This document shows positions 1-10,590 of a DNA stretch of 32,000 nucleotides, in pieces (the stretch's first letter is position 1; every line of letters starts with the position of its first letter). Source of the stretch: Candidatus Saccharimonadota bacterium (GTDB lineage: Bacteria > Pseudomonadota > Gammaproteobacteria > Enterobacterales > Enterobacteriaceae). The DNA lies in assembly GCF_964059045.1 (NCBI RefSeq), contig NZ_OZ060402.1:330001-362000 (forward strand), read 5' to 3'. Both the position numbers and the translations under genes were made by a program. The notes beneath the pieces were generated by a model. The model made no database searches, had not been told where the DNA came from, and saw nothing but the letters and a program-made list of their open reading frames with translations.

Positions 1-39
1 TAAAAATATTATTTTAATTAAAACACCAGGAAGTATGAA

Positions 40-1800
40 ATGCGTACTGCATATTGTGGAAAATTACGATTAAATCATGTCAATGAAACAGTAAGATTAT
101 GTGGATGGGTTCAAAATATTCGTCATTTTAAAAAAATTATTTTTATTAATATGCGTGATTGTAATGGTATAGTTCAAATTATAATTGATAATCGTGAATT
201 GCAATTATTTGAAAAAGCTAAAACACTAAGAAATGAATTTTGCATACAAATAACTGGTATTGTTCAAGAAAAAAATGCAAAGAATATATCTATACAAAAT
301 GGTGATATTGAAGTATTAGTTTCTGAATTAATTATTATTAATTCTTCCAATCCTCTTCCTTTAGACCAAACTAAAAAAAATAAAAAAAATGTTAGTTTAA
401 AATATAGATATTTAGAATTAAGAAATTCAAACATAATCAATAATCTTAAAATTCGAAATGATGTTATAAATTTTATTCATAACTTTTTATATAAAAATAA
501 TTTTTTATATATTGAAACACCTATTTTAACACAATCAACACCTGAAGGTGCTCGAGATTATTTAGTGCCTAGTCGTATTCATAAAAAAAAATTTTATGCT
601 CTTCCACAATCTCCTCAATTATTTAAACAATTGTTAATGATAGCCGGAATCGATCGATATTATCAAATAGCAAAATGTTTTAGAGATGAAGATTTAAGAT
701 CAGATCGACAACCGGAATTTACACAAATTGATCTAGAGTTATCTTTTGTGAATGCTATTCAAGTTCAAAATATCATTGAATTGATGATATGTAATTTATG
801 GATGAAAATCAAAAATATAAATTTACCAAAATTTCCTAAAATAACTTTTAAAGAATCAATAAAATTATATGGAACAGATAAACCGGATTTACGTAATCCA
901 ATCATGATGACAAATATAAAAACATTATTTTCATCAACGATATACCATGAATTTACACCATTTATGAAAGATGAAAATAGTCGAATTGTAGCAATAAATA
1001 TTCCTGATGGAAATAATTTAAGTGATATTGAAATTCAAAAATATCAAATAGAAACTGAACAATATCATAATTCAATTTTTTTATGCATAAAAAATAATCA
1101 ATTACAATTTATTAATAAAAATTTTAAACATTCAATAAAAAAAATTTTTACATTAAACGTTGTTCAAGAAATTATAAAAAAAACGTGTTCAAAAAAAAAT
1201 CATGTGATTTTTATTATAGCTAATAAAACAAATATAATTCATGAAGTCTTTAATAAAATAAAAAAATCAATAGGAACACTATTAAAAATTATTCAAAATA
1301 ATGTTTATAAACCAATTTGGATCACTGAGTTTCCTATGTTTTATGAAGAAATAGATGGCACACTTTCTTGTATGCATCATCCTTTTTCAGCACCTCTAAA
1401 TATTACAATTGAAGAATTAAGATCCATGCCAAAAAAAACAATTTCAAATTCATACGATTTAGTTATTAATGGATATGAATTAGGAGGAGGTTCAGTACGT
1501 ATTCATGACCCTGTTATGCAAAAAACAGTGTTAGATATAATTTCTATCAATAAACCAGAAGAACAAAGATCAAAATTTGATTTTTTTATTAATGCATTAG
1601 GATATGGAACTCCTGTACATGCAGGAATTGCTTTAGGATTAGATAGATTAATTATGTTATTAACTAATAATCATGATATAAAAGATGTTATTGCTTTTCC
1701 TAAAACGACTACAGCATCTTGTTTAATGACTAACGCACCTAATAAAATAAATGAACAAACATTAAATGAATTATTTATACAATATAATAAAGAAAATTAA
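40..1800 (+). CDS. aspS: Aspartate--tRNA ligase
   Basis: 586-aa ORF. The N-terminus MRTAYCGKLRLNHVNETVRLCGWV is collinear with E. coli AspS ([24 protein letters not shown]). Class II motifs are present (FRDEDLRADRQPEFTQID-like, GGGSVRIH, GLDRL). AGGAAG lies 7 nt upstream of the ATG. Confidence 0.95.
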   Translation: MRTAYCGKLRLNHVNETVRLCGWVQNIRHFKKIIFINMRDCNGIVQIIIDNRELQLFEKAKTLRNEFCIQITGIVQEKNAKNISIQNGDIEVLVSELIIINSSNPLPLDQTKKNKKNVSLKYRYLELRNSNIINNLKIRNDVINFIHNFLYKNNFLYIETPILTQSTPEGARDYLVPSRIHKKKFYALPQSPQLFKQLLMIAGIDRYYQIAKCFRDEDLRSDRQPEFTQIDLELSFVNAIQVQNIIELMICNLWMKIKNINLPKFPKITFKESIKLYGTDKPDLRNPIMMTNIKTLFSSTIYHEFTPFMKDENSRIVAINIPDGNNLSDIEIQKYQIETEQYHNSIFLCIKNNQLQFINKNFKHSIKKIFTLNVVQEIIKKTCSKKNHVIFIIANKTNIIHEVFNKIKKSIGTLLKIIQNNVYKPIWITEFPMFYEEIDGTLSCMHHPFSAPLNITIEELRSMPKKTISNSYDLVINGYELGGGSVRIHDPVMQKTVLDIISINKPEEQRSKFDFFINALGYGTPVHAGIALGLDRLIMLLTNNHDIKDVIAFPKTTTASCLMTNAPNKINEQTLNELFIQYNKEN

Positions 1801-2126
1801 TTTATTAATTTATTTCATAAATATTTTTTTACAAAAATATCAATTATCATTGAATCTAATATATATAAAAATATATATTATTAAAAATGAATTTAAAAAA
1901 TTAATTTAAAAAATAAAACAATAATCAAATTTTGATTATTAGATATTGAAGAATTCTGTCAAATAATAAATATAAAATATATATTTTAATAATAAAAATC
2001 TTTTGTAAATATATTATGTTTTTTAATATTTAGTATATTTAAATTAATTAAAAATAAACTATAAAAACAATACTTAATTATTTTTTAAATTTACTTTTGT
2101 ATTTTTAAATTCATTATTTATAAATT

Positions 2127-3569
2127 TTATTCTACAACTAAAATTCTAATTGTATTAGTTTTTCCTATTGAACTCATAACATCTCCTTGAGTAACAATAA
2201 CCAAATCATTTTTAACTAAAAATTTTTGTTCTTTAAGAAGAATAATTGCTTCAGTAGCAGCCACTACTCCTTCTTGATTACTATTAAAATAAACAGGTGT
2301 AACACCACGATATAAAGCTGCTAATTTTAATGTACTATGATGACGAGACATTGCAAAAATTGGCAACCCTGAAGTAATACGCGATGTCATTAAGGCTGTT
2401 CTTCCTGATTCTGTCATAGTAATAATTGCTGTTACACCTTCTAAATGATTAGCTGAATACATTGCTGACATTGCAATAGCTTCTTCGATACTATTAAATT
2501 GTAAATCTAGTCGGTGTCTGGAAACATTAATACTAGGAACTTTTTCCGCACCTTTACAAACTTTTGCCATTGCAATAACAGTTTCTACAGGGTAATTTCC
2601 AGAAGCAGTTTCTGCAGATAGCATAACAGCATCGCTTCCATCTAAAACAGCATTGGCAACATCCATTACTTCTGCTCGGGTAGGTAGAGGATTAATTATC
2701 ATTGACTCCATCATTTGTGTAGCAGTAATGACTACTCTATTTAATTGTCTTGCTTTTCGTATTAAAGTTTTTTGGATTCCAGCGAGAGCTGGATCTCCTA
2801 TTTCCACACCTAGATCTCCTCTTGCAACCATAATAACATCAGATGCTAAAATAATACTTTCCATCACAGATTCTGTTAAAACAGCTTCAGCTCTTTCTAT
2901 TTTTGCTACAATTTTTGCATTACTTCCAGATTCGATTGCTAACTTTCTTGCTTCATTAATATCATCAGCTGATCTTGGAAAAGAAACAGCAAGATAATCT
3001 ACACCTATACTAGCTGCTAATATTATGTCTTTTTTATCTTTTTTTGTTAATGATTTAGCAGATAGTCCTCCATTTAATTTATTAATTCCTTTATTTTTAG
3101 AAAGAAAACCTCCTATTATAACTTTAGTATATATCTTTTGTTTAGTAGATTTAATAACTTTTAATTGTATTCTTCCATCATCTAATAATAAATGATCCCC
3201 TGAAAAAACATCAATGGGCAGTTGTTTATAATCTACTCCAACTTTTTTCTCCGTTCCTTCATATATTCCTAATGTAGAATCTAGCAAAAATTGATCTCCA
3301 ACATTTAAGAATACTTTTTCTGATTTAAAACCTGTAATTCTAATTTTAGGTCCTTGTAAATCTCCTAATAAAGCTACATGACATTTTAGTTTATTCATGA
3401 TTTCAAAAACTTTTTTAGCTCTATTCTGATGTTCTTCTGGAAGACCATGAGAAAAATTCAATCGTAATACGTTTACACCTGATTTTATAATTTTTTCAAG
3501 ATTATTATCTCTATCTGTAGCTGGACCTAAAGTAGCGACAATTTTTGTTCTTCTAAATCTTCTTATCAT
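2127..3569 (-). CDS. pykA: Pyruvate kinase II
   Basis: 480-aa [31 protein letters not shown] matches the E. coli PykA N-terminus almost residue for residue, and similarity runs the full length. Confidence 0.95.
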   Translation of the reverse strand: MIRRFRRTKIVATLGPATDRDNNLEKIIKSGVNVLRLNFSHGLPEEHQNRAKKVFEIMNKLKCHVALLGDLQGPKIRITGFKSEKVFLNVGDQFLLDSTLGIYEGTEKKVGVDYKQLPIDVFSGDHLLLDDGRIQLKVIKSTKQKIYTKVIIGGFLSKNKGINKLNGGLSAKSLTKKDKKDIILAASIGVDYLAVSFPRSADDINEARKLAIESGSNAKIVAKIERAEAVLTESVMESIILASDVIMVARGDLGVEIGDPALAGIQKTLIRKARQLNRVVITATQMMESMIINPLPTRAEVMDVANAVLDGSDAVMLSAETASGNYPVETVIAMAKVCKGAEKVPSINVSRHRLDLQFNSIEEAIAMSAMYSANHLEGVTAIITMTESGRTALMTSRITSGLPIFAMSRHHSTLKLAALYRGVTPVYFNSNQEGVVAATEAIILLKEQKFLVKNDLVIVTQGDVMSSIGKTNTIRILVVE

Positions 3570-4327
3570 AAATTTATCTCGGTTAATTTTTAAAATATAT
3601 TATAAAAAAAAATAAAAATTATTAAAAAATGACTTAATAATAAGAATTTTTATTTTTATTATTGTTTACATAAATTCATTAATATTATGAATATTCATTA
3701 AAGAATAAAATAACAAGTCTTCTTAATATAATAAAAGTAATATATGATTGCAATAAATCTTATTTTTATTAATTTTAAAAAATATAATTTTTATCAAATA
3801 GATTTAAAAACGATCAAACCTTATTAATCTTATAGATATAGATGAATAAATATAATAAAACAAATTATTGTTTATTCATGGTATATATTTTATGCTCTTA
3901 CTATGTATTACAATAATTTTTTATAATATATAATTATATATCATAACAAAAAAAAAAATATCAATATCAATATCAAAATTCAACTAATGTATATAATATT
4001 AAATTAAATGTTTGTGTATATTTTGACAAGAAAATTATATATATAAAATATATATATAAATTCTCATTAAATAATTTATATAAAAAATAATATATTTATA
4101 TATACAATATATTGATATAAAAAAAAAAAATTATTATTTTTTATCAACTTTTTAAATTTATTTAAATATATATATATATTTATTTTAAAAAAATGAAATT
4201 ATTTTATTTTAATTTTGCAATATGTAAGGAAAATAATAGATTCAAAATTATTTCTATAATCTTATTAAATATATATCATGAATAAAATTTTAAATTTTAT
4301 TTCATATGAAAGGAAAGATGTTAAAAA

Positions 4328-5794
4328 ATGGTAAAAAATATAAAAAAAGGACATGATCTAATTATTTTTGGTGCTAAAGGAGATCTGGCGAAAAGAAAAC
4401 TTATCCCTTCTCTTTATCAGCTAGAAAAAGCAAATAAACTTAATCAAGATACTAGAATCATTGGTGTTGGTCGTGCAGATTGGGATAAACAATATTATAA
4501 ATATATTGTAAGAAAAGCTTTAGAAAATTTTATGACAGAAAAAATAGAAGAATCATTATGGAATAGATTACATAATCGACTAGATTTTTGTAATTTAGAT
4601 GTGAATGAAACAAAAAATTTTTTAAAACTAAAAAATTTATTAGATCAAAAAAAAAGAATTACTATAAATTATTTTGCAGTGCCTCCTAGTATTTATGGAG
4701 CTATTTGCAATGGTTTGGCTTCAGCAAAGCTAAATCTACCTCCTGCAAGAATAGTTATAGAAAAACCTTTAGGTACATCTTTAAAAACATCACAAGAAAT
4801 AAATAATCAAATAGGAAAATATTTTTCAGAATCACAAATTTTCCGTATTGATCATTATCTTGGTAAAGAAACTATACTAAATTTGCTATCTTTAAGATTT
4901 GCGAATCCAATTTTTTATAAAAATTGGAATAATCAAACAATTGATCATATTCAAATTACCGTAGCTGAAGAAATAGGAATTGAAGGAAGATGGGATTATT
5001 TTGATAAAACTGGACAAATGCGTGATATGGTTCAAAATCATTTATTACAAATATTAAGTATTATTGCTATGTGTCCTCCAAATAATCTCAATGCTGATAG
5101 TATTAGAGATGAAAAAGTAAAAGTATTAAAATCCTTACGACTTATTGATGAAACTAATATACAAAAAAATACTGTCCGAGGACAATATACTTTTGGGAGT
5201 ATAAATGGTATATATGTTCCAGCGTATATTAATGAAGAAGGAGCTGAAACAAATAGTAATACTGAAACTTTTGTTGCTATTCGAGTTGATATCGATAATT
5301 GGAGATGGTCAGGTGTGCCATTTTATTTAAGAACTGGGAAAAGATTACCTCAAAAGTATTCTGAAATTTCAATTTTTTTTAAAAATATATCAATGAATTT
5401 ATTTAAAGAATCAATGCCTATTCTGCCTCAAAATAAATTAATTATTCGATTACAACCTAATGAAGGAATTGATATTCATATTTTAAATAAAATACCAGAA
5501 TTAAGTTCTACTAATAATTTAACTAATACAAAATTAAGTTTTAATTATGTAGAAAATTTTAAAAAAAATTGTTTAATCGATGCTTATGAACGTCTATTAC
5601 TAGAAAGCATGAGAGGAGTTCAATCTTTGTTTGTTCGTAGAGATGAAGTAGAAGAAGCCTGGAAATGGGTTGATTCAATTATTCATGCATGGGATCAAAA
5701 ACAAACTCAACCTGAATTATATCAAGCAGGAACATGGGGGCCAATTTCATCTAATAAAATGATTGAAAAAGACAAACGTAATTGGAATGAATAA
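4328..5794 (+). CDS. zwf: Glucose-6-phosphate 1-dehydrogenase
   Basis: 488-aa ORF with the GAKGDLAKRKL NADP motif, RIDHYLGKE active-site motif and EKVKVLKSLR. It is collinear with E. coli Zwf. AAGGAAAG lies upstream of the ATG. Confidence 0.95.
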   Translation: MVKNIKKGHDLIIFGAKGDLAKRKLIPSLYQLEKANKLNQDTRIIGVGRADWDKQYYKYIVRKALENFMTEKIEESLWNRLHNRLDFCNLDVNETKNFLKLKNLLDQKKRITINYFAVPPSIYGAICNGLASAKLNLPPARIVIEKPLGTSLKTSQEINNQIGKYFSESQIFRIDHYLGKETILNLLSLRFANPIFYKNWNNQTIDHIQITVAEEIGIEGRWDYFDKTGQMRDMVQNHLLQILSIIAMCPPNNLNADSIRDEKVKVLKSLRLIDETNIQKNTVRGQYTFGSINGIYVPAYINEEGAETNSNTETFVAIRVDIDNWRWSGVPFYLRTGKRLPQKYSEISIFFKNISMNLFKESMPILPQNKLIIRLQPNEGIDIHILNKIPELSSTNNLTNTKLSFNYVENFKKNCLIDAYERLLLESMRGVQSLFVRRDEVEEAWKWVDSIIHAWDQKQTQPELYQAGTWGPISSNKMIEKDKRNWNE

Positions 5795-6406
5795 TACTTA
5801 TTTTTTTTTTATGAATATTAATTTTAAATTATATTCTAAAATTATAAAAATATAATTATTAATTATAATATTAAATTTTATATATTGAATATAATTAAAA
5901 AAATTATTTAATAAAATTTTTTATAGAATGTTATATAATTCAAATAAAATTTTTATAGTTTCTAAAATTGATCAAGCATTATTTTATTGTTTGATCAATA
6001 AATGTAATTTTTATTGTTTTTAATAAAACATATATTCTATCTATTATTTATTTTAGTTTCTTTAATATAATCATAATAAATAAATAATTATTTAAAAAAA
6101 TAAATAATAGATCAAAATATATATTTTAAAAATTGATTTATATTGTTAGATTGTATTTTACAAAAATAATTTTTTATATTTATGATATTATGCATATAAA
6201 TATTCAATAAAAATATTAAACTAATGGTTTACTATGAATATTTTATTTATTTTTTTTAAATAAATTTTTATATAAAAAAATTTTATAAAATGATTAATAA
6301 TATAATTATTAAATAATTATATTCACAAACATAAATAATATTAATTAATAAATTTATTTTTATAATTTATATTAATTTATTCACTATCTAGGACATAAAA
6401 AATTAT

Positions 6407-7282
6407 ATGATTAGAATAATTATTTTTTTATTCACTAATTTATCAGTAATGTTAATTTTTGGATTAATATTAAGTTTTACATCAATAGATATAAATAGTC
6501 TCTATGGTTTAATGATTATTTCTGGTTGTTTTGGATTTAGTGGATCATTGATTTCATTATTTATGTCAAAATGGATTGCTTTATATTCTGTTGGAGGTCA
6601 AATTATTTCCAAACCTAGTAATCCTAATGAAGAATGGTTAATGAATATTGTAAAGAAACATGCTGATAAAATGGGGATTATGACTCCTGAAATAGCTATT
6701 TATCCTGCTCTAGATATTAATGCATTTGCAACTGGTCATAGTAAAAATTCAGCATTAATAGCAATTTCTTTAGGATTGTTAAAAAAAATGAATTTAAATG
6801 AAGCAGAAGCTGTTATAGCACATGAAATGTGTCATATTTATAACGGTGATATGATTACTATGACATTAATACAAGGTGTAATAAATACAATAGTTATTTT
6901 TACATCTCGTGTTATTGCTAAAATTATTTCTACTAACTTCATTTCTAACAAAGAAGAAAATGAAAACAATCAAACTTCAATGATTTATTTTATTATATCT
7001 ACGATATTAGATATATTATTTGGAATTTTAGCTAATATAATTGTTTTGTGGTTTTCTAGAAATCGTGAATTTTATGCTGATGCAGGATCTGCTAAATTAG
7101 TTGGAAAATATAAAATGATTGCAGCATTAGAAAAATTAAAAACTAGTTATGAACCAGAAGAACCTAATAATATAATTGCATTTTGTATTAATGGTAAATC
7201 TAGTGCTATTTTAAAATTATTTAGATCACATCCTTCATTAGAACAAAGAATTACAGCTTTATATAATGAAAAATATATGTAA
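6407..7282 (+). CDS. htpX: Membrane zinc metalloprotease HtpX
   Basis: 291-aa ORF with the HEMCH (HExxH) motif, N-terminal TM helices and REFYADAGSAKLVG. It is collinear with E. coli HtpX. Confidence 0.93.
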   Translation: MIRIIIFLFTNLSVMLIFGLILSFTSIDINSLYGLMIISGCFGFSGSLISLFMSKWIALYSVGGQIISKPSNPNEEWLMNIVKKHADKMGIMTPEIAIYPALDINAFATGHSKNSALIAISLGLLKKMNLNEAEAVIAHEMCHIYNGDMITMTLIQGVINTIVIFTSRVIAKIISTNFISNKEENENNQTSMIYFIISTILDILFGILANIIVLWFSRNREFYADAGSAKLVGKYKMIAALEKLKTSYEPEEPNNIIAFCINGKSSAILKLFRSHPSLEQRITALYNEKYM

Positions 7283-7382
7283 TATATAAGTTTTTATTAT
7301 TTTTTACAAGATAAAATCTGTTTATTGAGACAATCTCAATAAACAGATTTTATCTTGTAAAAAATAATAAAAACATATATAA
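7282..7382. repeat. 101-bp near-perfect palindrome at the htpX 3' end (giant hairpin; possible terminator or 3' stabiliser)
   Basis: Checked base by base. 7290-7330 is the exact reverse complement of 7334-7374 (41 bp, 3-nt loop 7331-7333). After one A/A mismatch (7289/7375), 7 more pairs follow (7282-7288 with 7376-7382). The outermost pair uses the last base of the htpX stop codon. Confidence 0.85.
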
Positions 7383-7436
7383 TAAATTGTTAATTTTATT
7401 ATATTATTATTTTTAATAGTATTTATAAATATTTTT

Positions 7437-7488
7437 TTTGTTTTAATTATAAAAAATTTTTAAAAAAAAATATTTTATAATTAAAACA
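7437..7488. repeat. Inverted repeat with 17-bp perfect arms between htpX and cspC
   Basis: ttgttttaattataaaa (7437-7453) is the reverse complement of ttttataattaaaacaa (7472-7488), with an 18-nt A/T loop. It lies immediately upstream of the GC-richer cspC leader. Confidence 0.5.
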
Positions 7489-7489
7489 A

Positions 7490-7640
7490 GTAACAATTTC
7501 TGTTTATGAAAGGCATTATCAAGTTAAAAAATTCAGAGTAAAGACGTTGATTCAACTGATCTTGCCGAATCTTATATTTATGCCTCATGCAGTTATGTTT
7601 CTAATTTTTATAAAAACAATATTTTAAGGAAATTGCAAAA
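7490..7640 (+). promoter_or_regulatory. Putative structured 5' leader of cspC
   Basis: About 150 nt directly upstream of cspC is visibly richer in G/C than every other spacer in the window, for example gaaaggcat...gacgttgattcaactgatcttgccgaatc...atgcctcatgcag. Enterobacterial csp genes are known to carry long regulatory 5' UTRs. No TSS can be seen in the sequence. Confidence 0.35.
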
Positions 7641-7850
7641 ATGGCAAAGATTAAAGGTCAAGTAAAGTGGTTCAATGAATCTAAAGGTTTTGGTTTTATA
7701 ACTCCATCAGATGGTAGCAAAGATGTATTTGTACATTTTTCTTCTATACAAGGAAATGGATTCAAAACACTTTCTGAAGGTCAAAATGTTGAATTTGAAA
7801 TTCAAGATGGACAAAAAGGTCCTGCTGCAGTTAATGTGTTTGCAATATAA
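7641..7850 (+). CDS. cspC: Cold-shock-domain protein CspC
   Basis: The 69-aa [72 protein letters not shown] is nearly identical to E. coli CspC, and closer to it than to CspE. The RNP1 and RNP2 motifs are present. Confidence 0.95.
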   Translation: MAKIKGQVKWFNESKGFGFITPSDGSKDVFVHFSSIQGNGFKTLSEGQNVEFEIQDGQKGPAAVNVFAI

Positions 7851-7890
7851 CTTTATTCAACCTAATTTAAAAAAAACTTGATATATAAAT

Positions 7891-7946
7891 AATAATATTA
7901 AAAAAGCCTTTGCTGAAAAATTTGCAAAGGCTTTTTTAATATTATT
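7891..7946 (+). terminator. Rho-independent-type terminator hairpin after cspC (hairpin A)
   Basis: The 23-bp perfect stem pairs aataatattaaaaaagcctttgc (7891-7913) with gcaaaggcttttttaatattatt (7924-7946). The core gcctttgc/gcaaaggc is followed by TTTTTT and preceded by AAAAAA, giving a bidirectional form. Confidence 0.75.
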
Positions 7947-7995
7947 CAAACTAAATTATTTTTCAGCATAATTTAGTTTGAATAATATTAAAAAA
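7932..7995. repeat. Second hairpin (B) that overlaps the 3' arm and U-tract of the cspC terminator
   Basis: 28-bp perfect arms at 7932-7959 and 7968-7995 flank an 8-nt loop, ttttcagc. The left arm reuses 7932-7946 from hairpin A. aataatattaaaaaa occurs as a direct repeat at 7891-7905 and 7981-7995. Confidence 0.6.
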
Positions 7996-8159
7996 TAAAA
8001 TAAAAATAATCGATAATTCATTTATTAAAATAAGATATTATTTATATATATTTTATATAAAAAATATAAATATAAATTTATAATATATATGTTTATTTTT
8101 TAATTATAGTGAATAAAATTACTAATATTAATATATATTTATATTTTACAGAGATTATA

Positions 8160-9704
8160 ATGGAATTTTTTTTAGATACATCACGTGTAGCAGGATTATT
8201 CACACTAATTATTTTAGAAGTAGTATTAGGTATAGATAATTTAGTATTTGTATCAATTTTAACAGAAAAATTACCACCACTTCAACGTGATAAAGCACGT
8301 TTAATTGGTTTAAGTTTAGCATTATTCATGAGATTAAGTCTATTATCATTAATTTCCTGGATTGTTACTTTAGTAAATCCTATAATTCAGAATAAATATA
8401 TCAGTTTATCAGGAAGAGATTTAATTTTATTGTTTGGAGGATTTTTTTTATTATTTAAATCAACTATTGAATTACATGAAAGATTAGAAAATCACCAACA
8501 TAAACATTTAGACAATAAAAACTATGCTAGTTTCTGGCCTGTAGTTATTCAGATAGTAATTTTAGACGCTGTATTTTCATTAGATTCAGTAATTACTGCT
8601 GTTGGAATAGTTAATTCTTTGTTGATGATGATGATAGCTGTTATTGTAGCCATGAGCCTGATGTTGTTGGCTTCTAAAACGATAACATCATTTATGAATT
8701 TACATCCAACTGTTGTAGTATTATGTCTTAGTTTTTTATTAATAATTGGTTTATCATTAGTAGCAGAAGCTTTAGGTCTGGATATACCTAAAGGATATTT
8801 ATATGCTGCAGTAGGTTTTTCAATTATTATTGAATTGTTTAATCAAATAGCCCGTCATAATTTTATTAAACATCAATCAAAAATACCAATGAGACAACGT
8901 GCTGCAGAAGCAATATTAAGATTAATGATTCGAGAACGACAAAATAATAAAGAAGATAATATTTCTGAAAAAAACAATACTATCCCATTTGTTGAAAAAA
9001 TAGCATCCAATGCATTTCAAGAAGAAAAATACATGATTAATGGTGTTTTAACATTAGCAGCACGCTCTATTAGAAGCATTATGACACCAAGAAGAGCAAT
9101 ATCATGGGTAAATATTGAAAAAAATAGAGAAGAAATTAGAGTACAATTACTAGATACTCCACATAGTTTATTTCCAATTTGTAAAGGAGAATTAGATGAA
9201 ATTATTGGAATTGTTAGAGCTAAAGAATTATTAGTAAAATTAGAACAAAATATTAATGTTTCAGAATTTGCATCTCGAACACCACCTATTATTATTCCAG
9301 ATACTTTAGATCCAATTAATTTATTAGGCGTTTTGAAAAAATCAAAAGGAAGTTTAGTAATTGTGAGTAATGAATTTGGTGTTATTCAAGGACTTATTAC
9401 ACCATTAGATTTATTAGAAGCTATCGCAGGAGAATTTCCTGATGCAGATGAAACTCCAGAAATAATTATTGAAAAAAATAGTTGGTTAGTGAAAGGAAGC
9501 ACTGATTTACATTCATTACAACAATTATTTGATATAGAACATTTAATAAAAGAAAATCATTATGCTTCTTTAGCTGGACTTCTTATCGCTCAGAAAGGTC
9601 AATTGCCTCTTCCTGGAGAAATAATTTATATTCATCCACTACAATTTCATATTTTAGAATCAAATGAATATCGCATTGATTTAGTCCGTATAAAAAAAAT
9701 ATAA
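8160..9704 (+). CDS. yoaE: TerC-family integral membrane protein with CBS pair and CorC/HlyC C-terminal domain (YoaE)
   Basis: Collinear with E. coli YoaE from MEFF(L/M)D. Conserved runs include GIDNLVF, DKARL(I/L)[24 protein letters not shown](V/I)[22 protein letters not shown] and YR(I/V)DLVRI. The track ORF begins at an upstream GTG (8109). The ATG at 8160 matches the orthologue start. Confidence 0.9.
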   Translation: MEFFLDTSRVAGLFTLIILEVVLGIDNLVFVSILTEKLPPLQRDKARLIGLSLALFMRLSLLSLISWIVTLVNPIIQNKYISLSGRDLILLFGGFFLLFKSTIELHERLENHQHKHLDNKNYASFWPVVIQIVILDAVFSLDSVITAVGIVNSLLMMMIAVIVAMSLMLLASKTITSFMNLHPTVVVLCLSFLLIIGLSLVAEALGLDIPKGYLYAAVGFSIIIELFNQIARHNFIKHQSKIPMRQRAAEAILRLMIRERQNNKEDNISEKNNTIPFVEKIASNAFQEEKYMINGVLTLAARSIRSIMTPRRAISWVNIEKNREEIRVQLLDTPHSLFPICKGELDEIIGIVRAKELLVKLEQNINVSEFASRTPPIIIPDTLDPINLLGVLKKSKGSLVIVSNEFGVIQGLITPLDLLEAIAGEFPDADETPEIIIEKNSWLVKGSTDLHSLQQLFDIEHLIKENHYASLAGLLIAQKGQLPLPGEIIYIHPLQFHILESNEYRIDLVRIKKI

Positions 9705-9821
9705 TTGTAAAAAAAATAATTCTTTTTAAAATTTATTAAATAAAAATTAATATATTTTAAAAATTTATATTACAAAAATAATTAATTTAATTAATAAGGT
9801 ATAAAAAATAAAAATTATATT

Positions 9822-10496
9822 ATGAATAAAACAATTTTATCTATAGATACATCTATGCAAGCATGTTCAGTGGCTTTATTAATAAATGATCATATCGATT
9901 ATTTATATGAGGAATCTATTAAAAATCATACTAAAAAAATATTAACAATGATTCAAAACATTTTAATACGTAATAAATTGTTATTAAAAAAAGTTGATTT
10001 GTGTGCTATTACAAAAGGACCTGGTACATTCACTGGAATAAGAACAGGAATCTGTATTGCTACAGGTTTATCTATAGGATCAGATATTCCTGTTATTACT
10101 TTTTCTACATTAGAAATCTTAGCAGAGCAAGCATGGCGTGTCAAAAAAATTAAAAAATTAATTATAGCTATAAAATTAAATAAAAAATTAATATACTGGA
10201 ATATGTATATTAGAAAAAAAAATGGATTATGGGAAAAACAAACTAAAGAATTCATTTCAACACATCAAGAATTATATAATCAAATTTTAACAATAAAATC
10301 TGATTGGACAAGAATTGGAGATGGATGGAAAAATATTAATTTAAATTATAATATTCCTAATATAAAATATATAAAAATTATTCAACCTCATGCACAAGAT
10401 ATAATTATTTTGTCAAAAAATTTTTTAAAAAATAATCCATTTCCGATTAATACAATTATTCAACCAGATTATTTTTGTAATTATTTTGAATCATAA
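9822..10496 (+). CDS. tsaB: tRNA t6A37 threonylcarbamoyltransferase complex dimerisation subunit TsaB (YeaZ)
   Basis: The 224-aa ORF begins ILSIDTSMQACSVAL and contains GPGTFTGIRTGICIATGL, collinear with E. coli YeaZ (ILAIDTATEACSVAL...GPGSFTGVRIGIGIAQGL). Confidence 0.88.
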   Translation: MNKTILSIDTSMQACSVALLINDHIDYLYEESIKNHTKKILTMIQNILIRNKLLLKKVDLCAITKGPGTFTGIRTGICIATGLSIGSDIPVITFSTLEILAEQAWRVKKIKKLIIAIKLNKKLIYWNMYIRKKNGLWEKQTKEFISTHQELYNQILTIKSDWTRIGDGWKNINLNYNIPNIKYIKIIQPHAQDIIILSKNFLKNNPFPINTIIQPDYFCNYFES

Positions 10497-10590
10497 AAAA
10501 TTATTTTACAAGACAAAATTGAATTAAAATAATTTATGATATTTTAAAAATTATTTTTTATTCATTAAATAATAATTAAAAAAATCATTT

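Noticed and set aside
1857-1939. Short A/T-only palindromes (1857-1880 and 1920-1939; also 6301-6321, 10498-10535 and 17681-17700)
   Set aside because: Stems of 10-11 bp made only of A/T are expected frequently by chance at this composition. They might act as weak terminators, but the sequence alone cannot support the call.
2653-2997. 114-aa ORF on the + strand inside pykA
   Set aside because: It is antisense to a strongly supported pykA CDS and has no recognisable motif. It is a typical shadow ORF.
3570-4327. The 758-bp pykA-zwf divergent spacer has microsatellite-like tracts: atcaat x3 at about 3958-3975, (TA)n runs, and A10/A12 runs
   Set aside because: These are simple-sequence features consistent with slippage in neutral AT-rich DNA. 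There is no ORF, RNA-gene signature or significant repeat structure.
6039-6112. Inverted repeat with 16-bp arms (6039-6054 with 6097-6112) and a 42-nt spacer in the zwf-htpX spacer
   Set aside because: The arms are A/T-only apart from one C/G pair. My rough expectation for such a repeat somewhere in the window is about 0.1-0.2, so it is not clearly non-random.
7291-7306. The outer ends of the htpX and rne palindromes share ttttattatttttt (also at 29204-29217), hinting at a common repeat family
   Set aside because: It is only a 14-nt A/T-only match of very low complexity, and the remaining 25-50 nt of the arms are unrelated. That is insufficient to call a shared element.
9953-10255. 100-aa ORF on the - strand inside tsaB
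   Set aside because: It is an antisense shadow ORF within a well-supported CDS, with a low-complexity F/I/N product.
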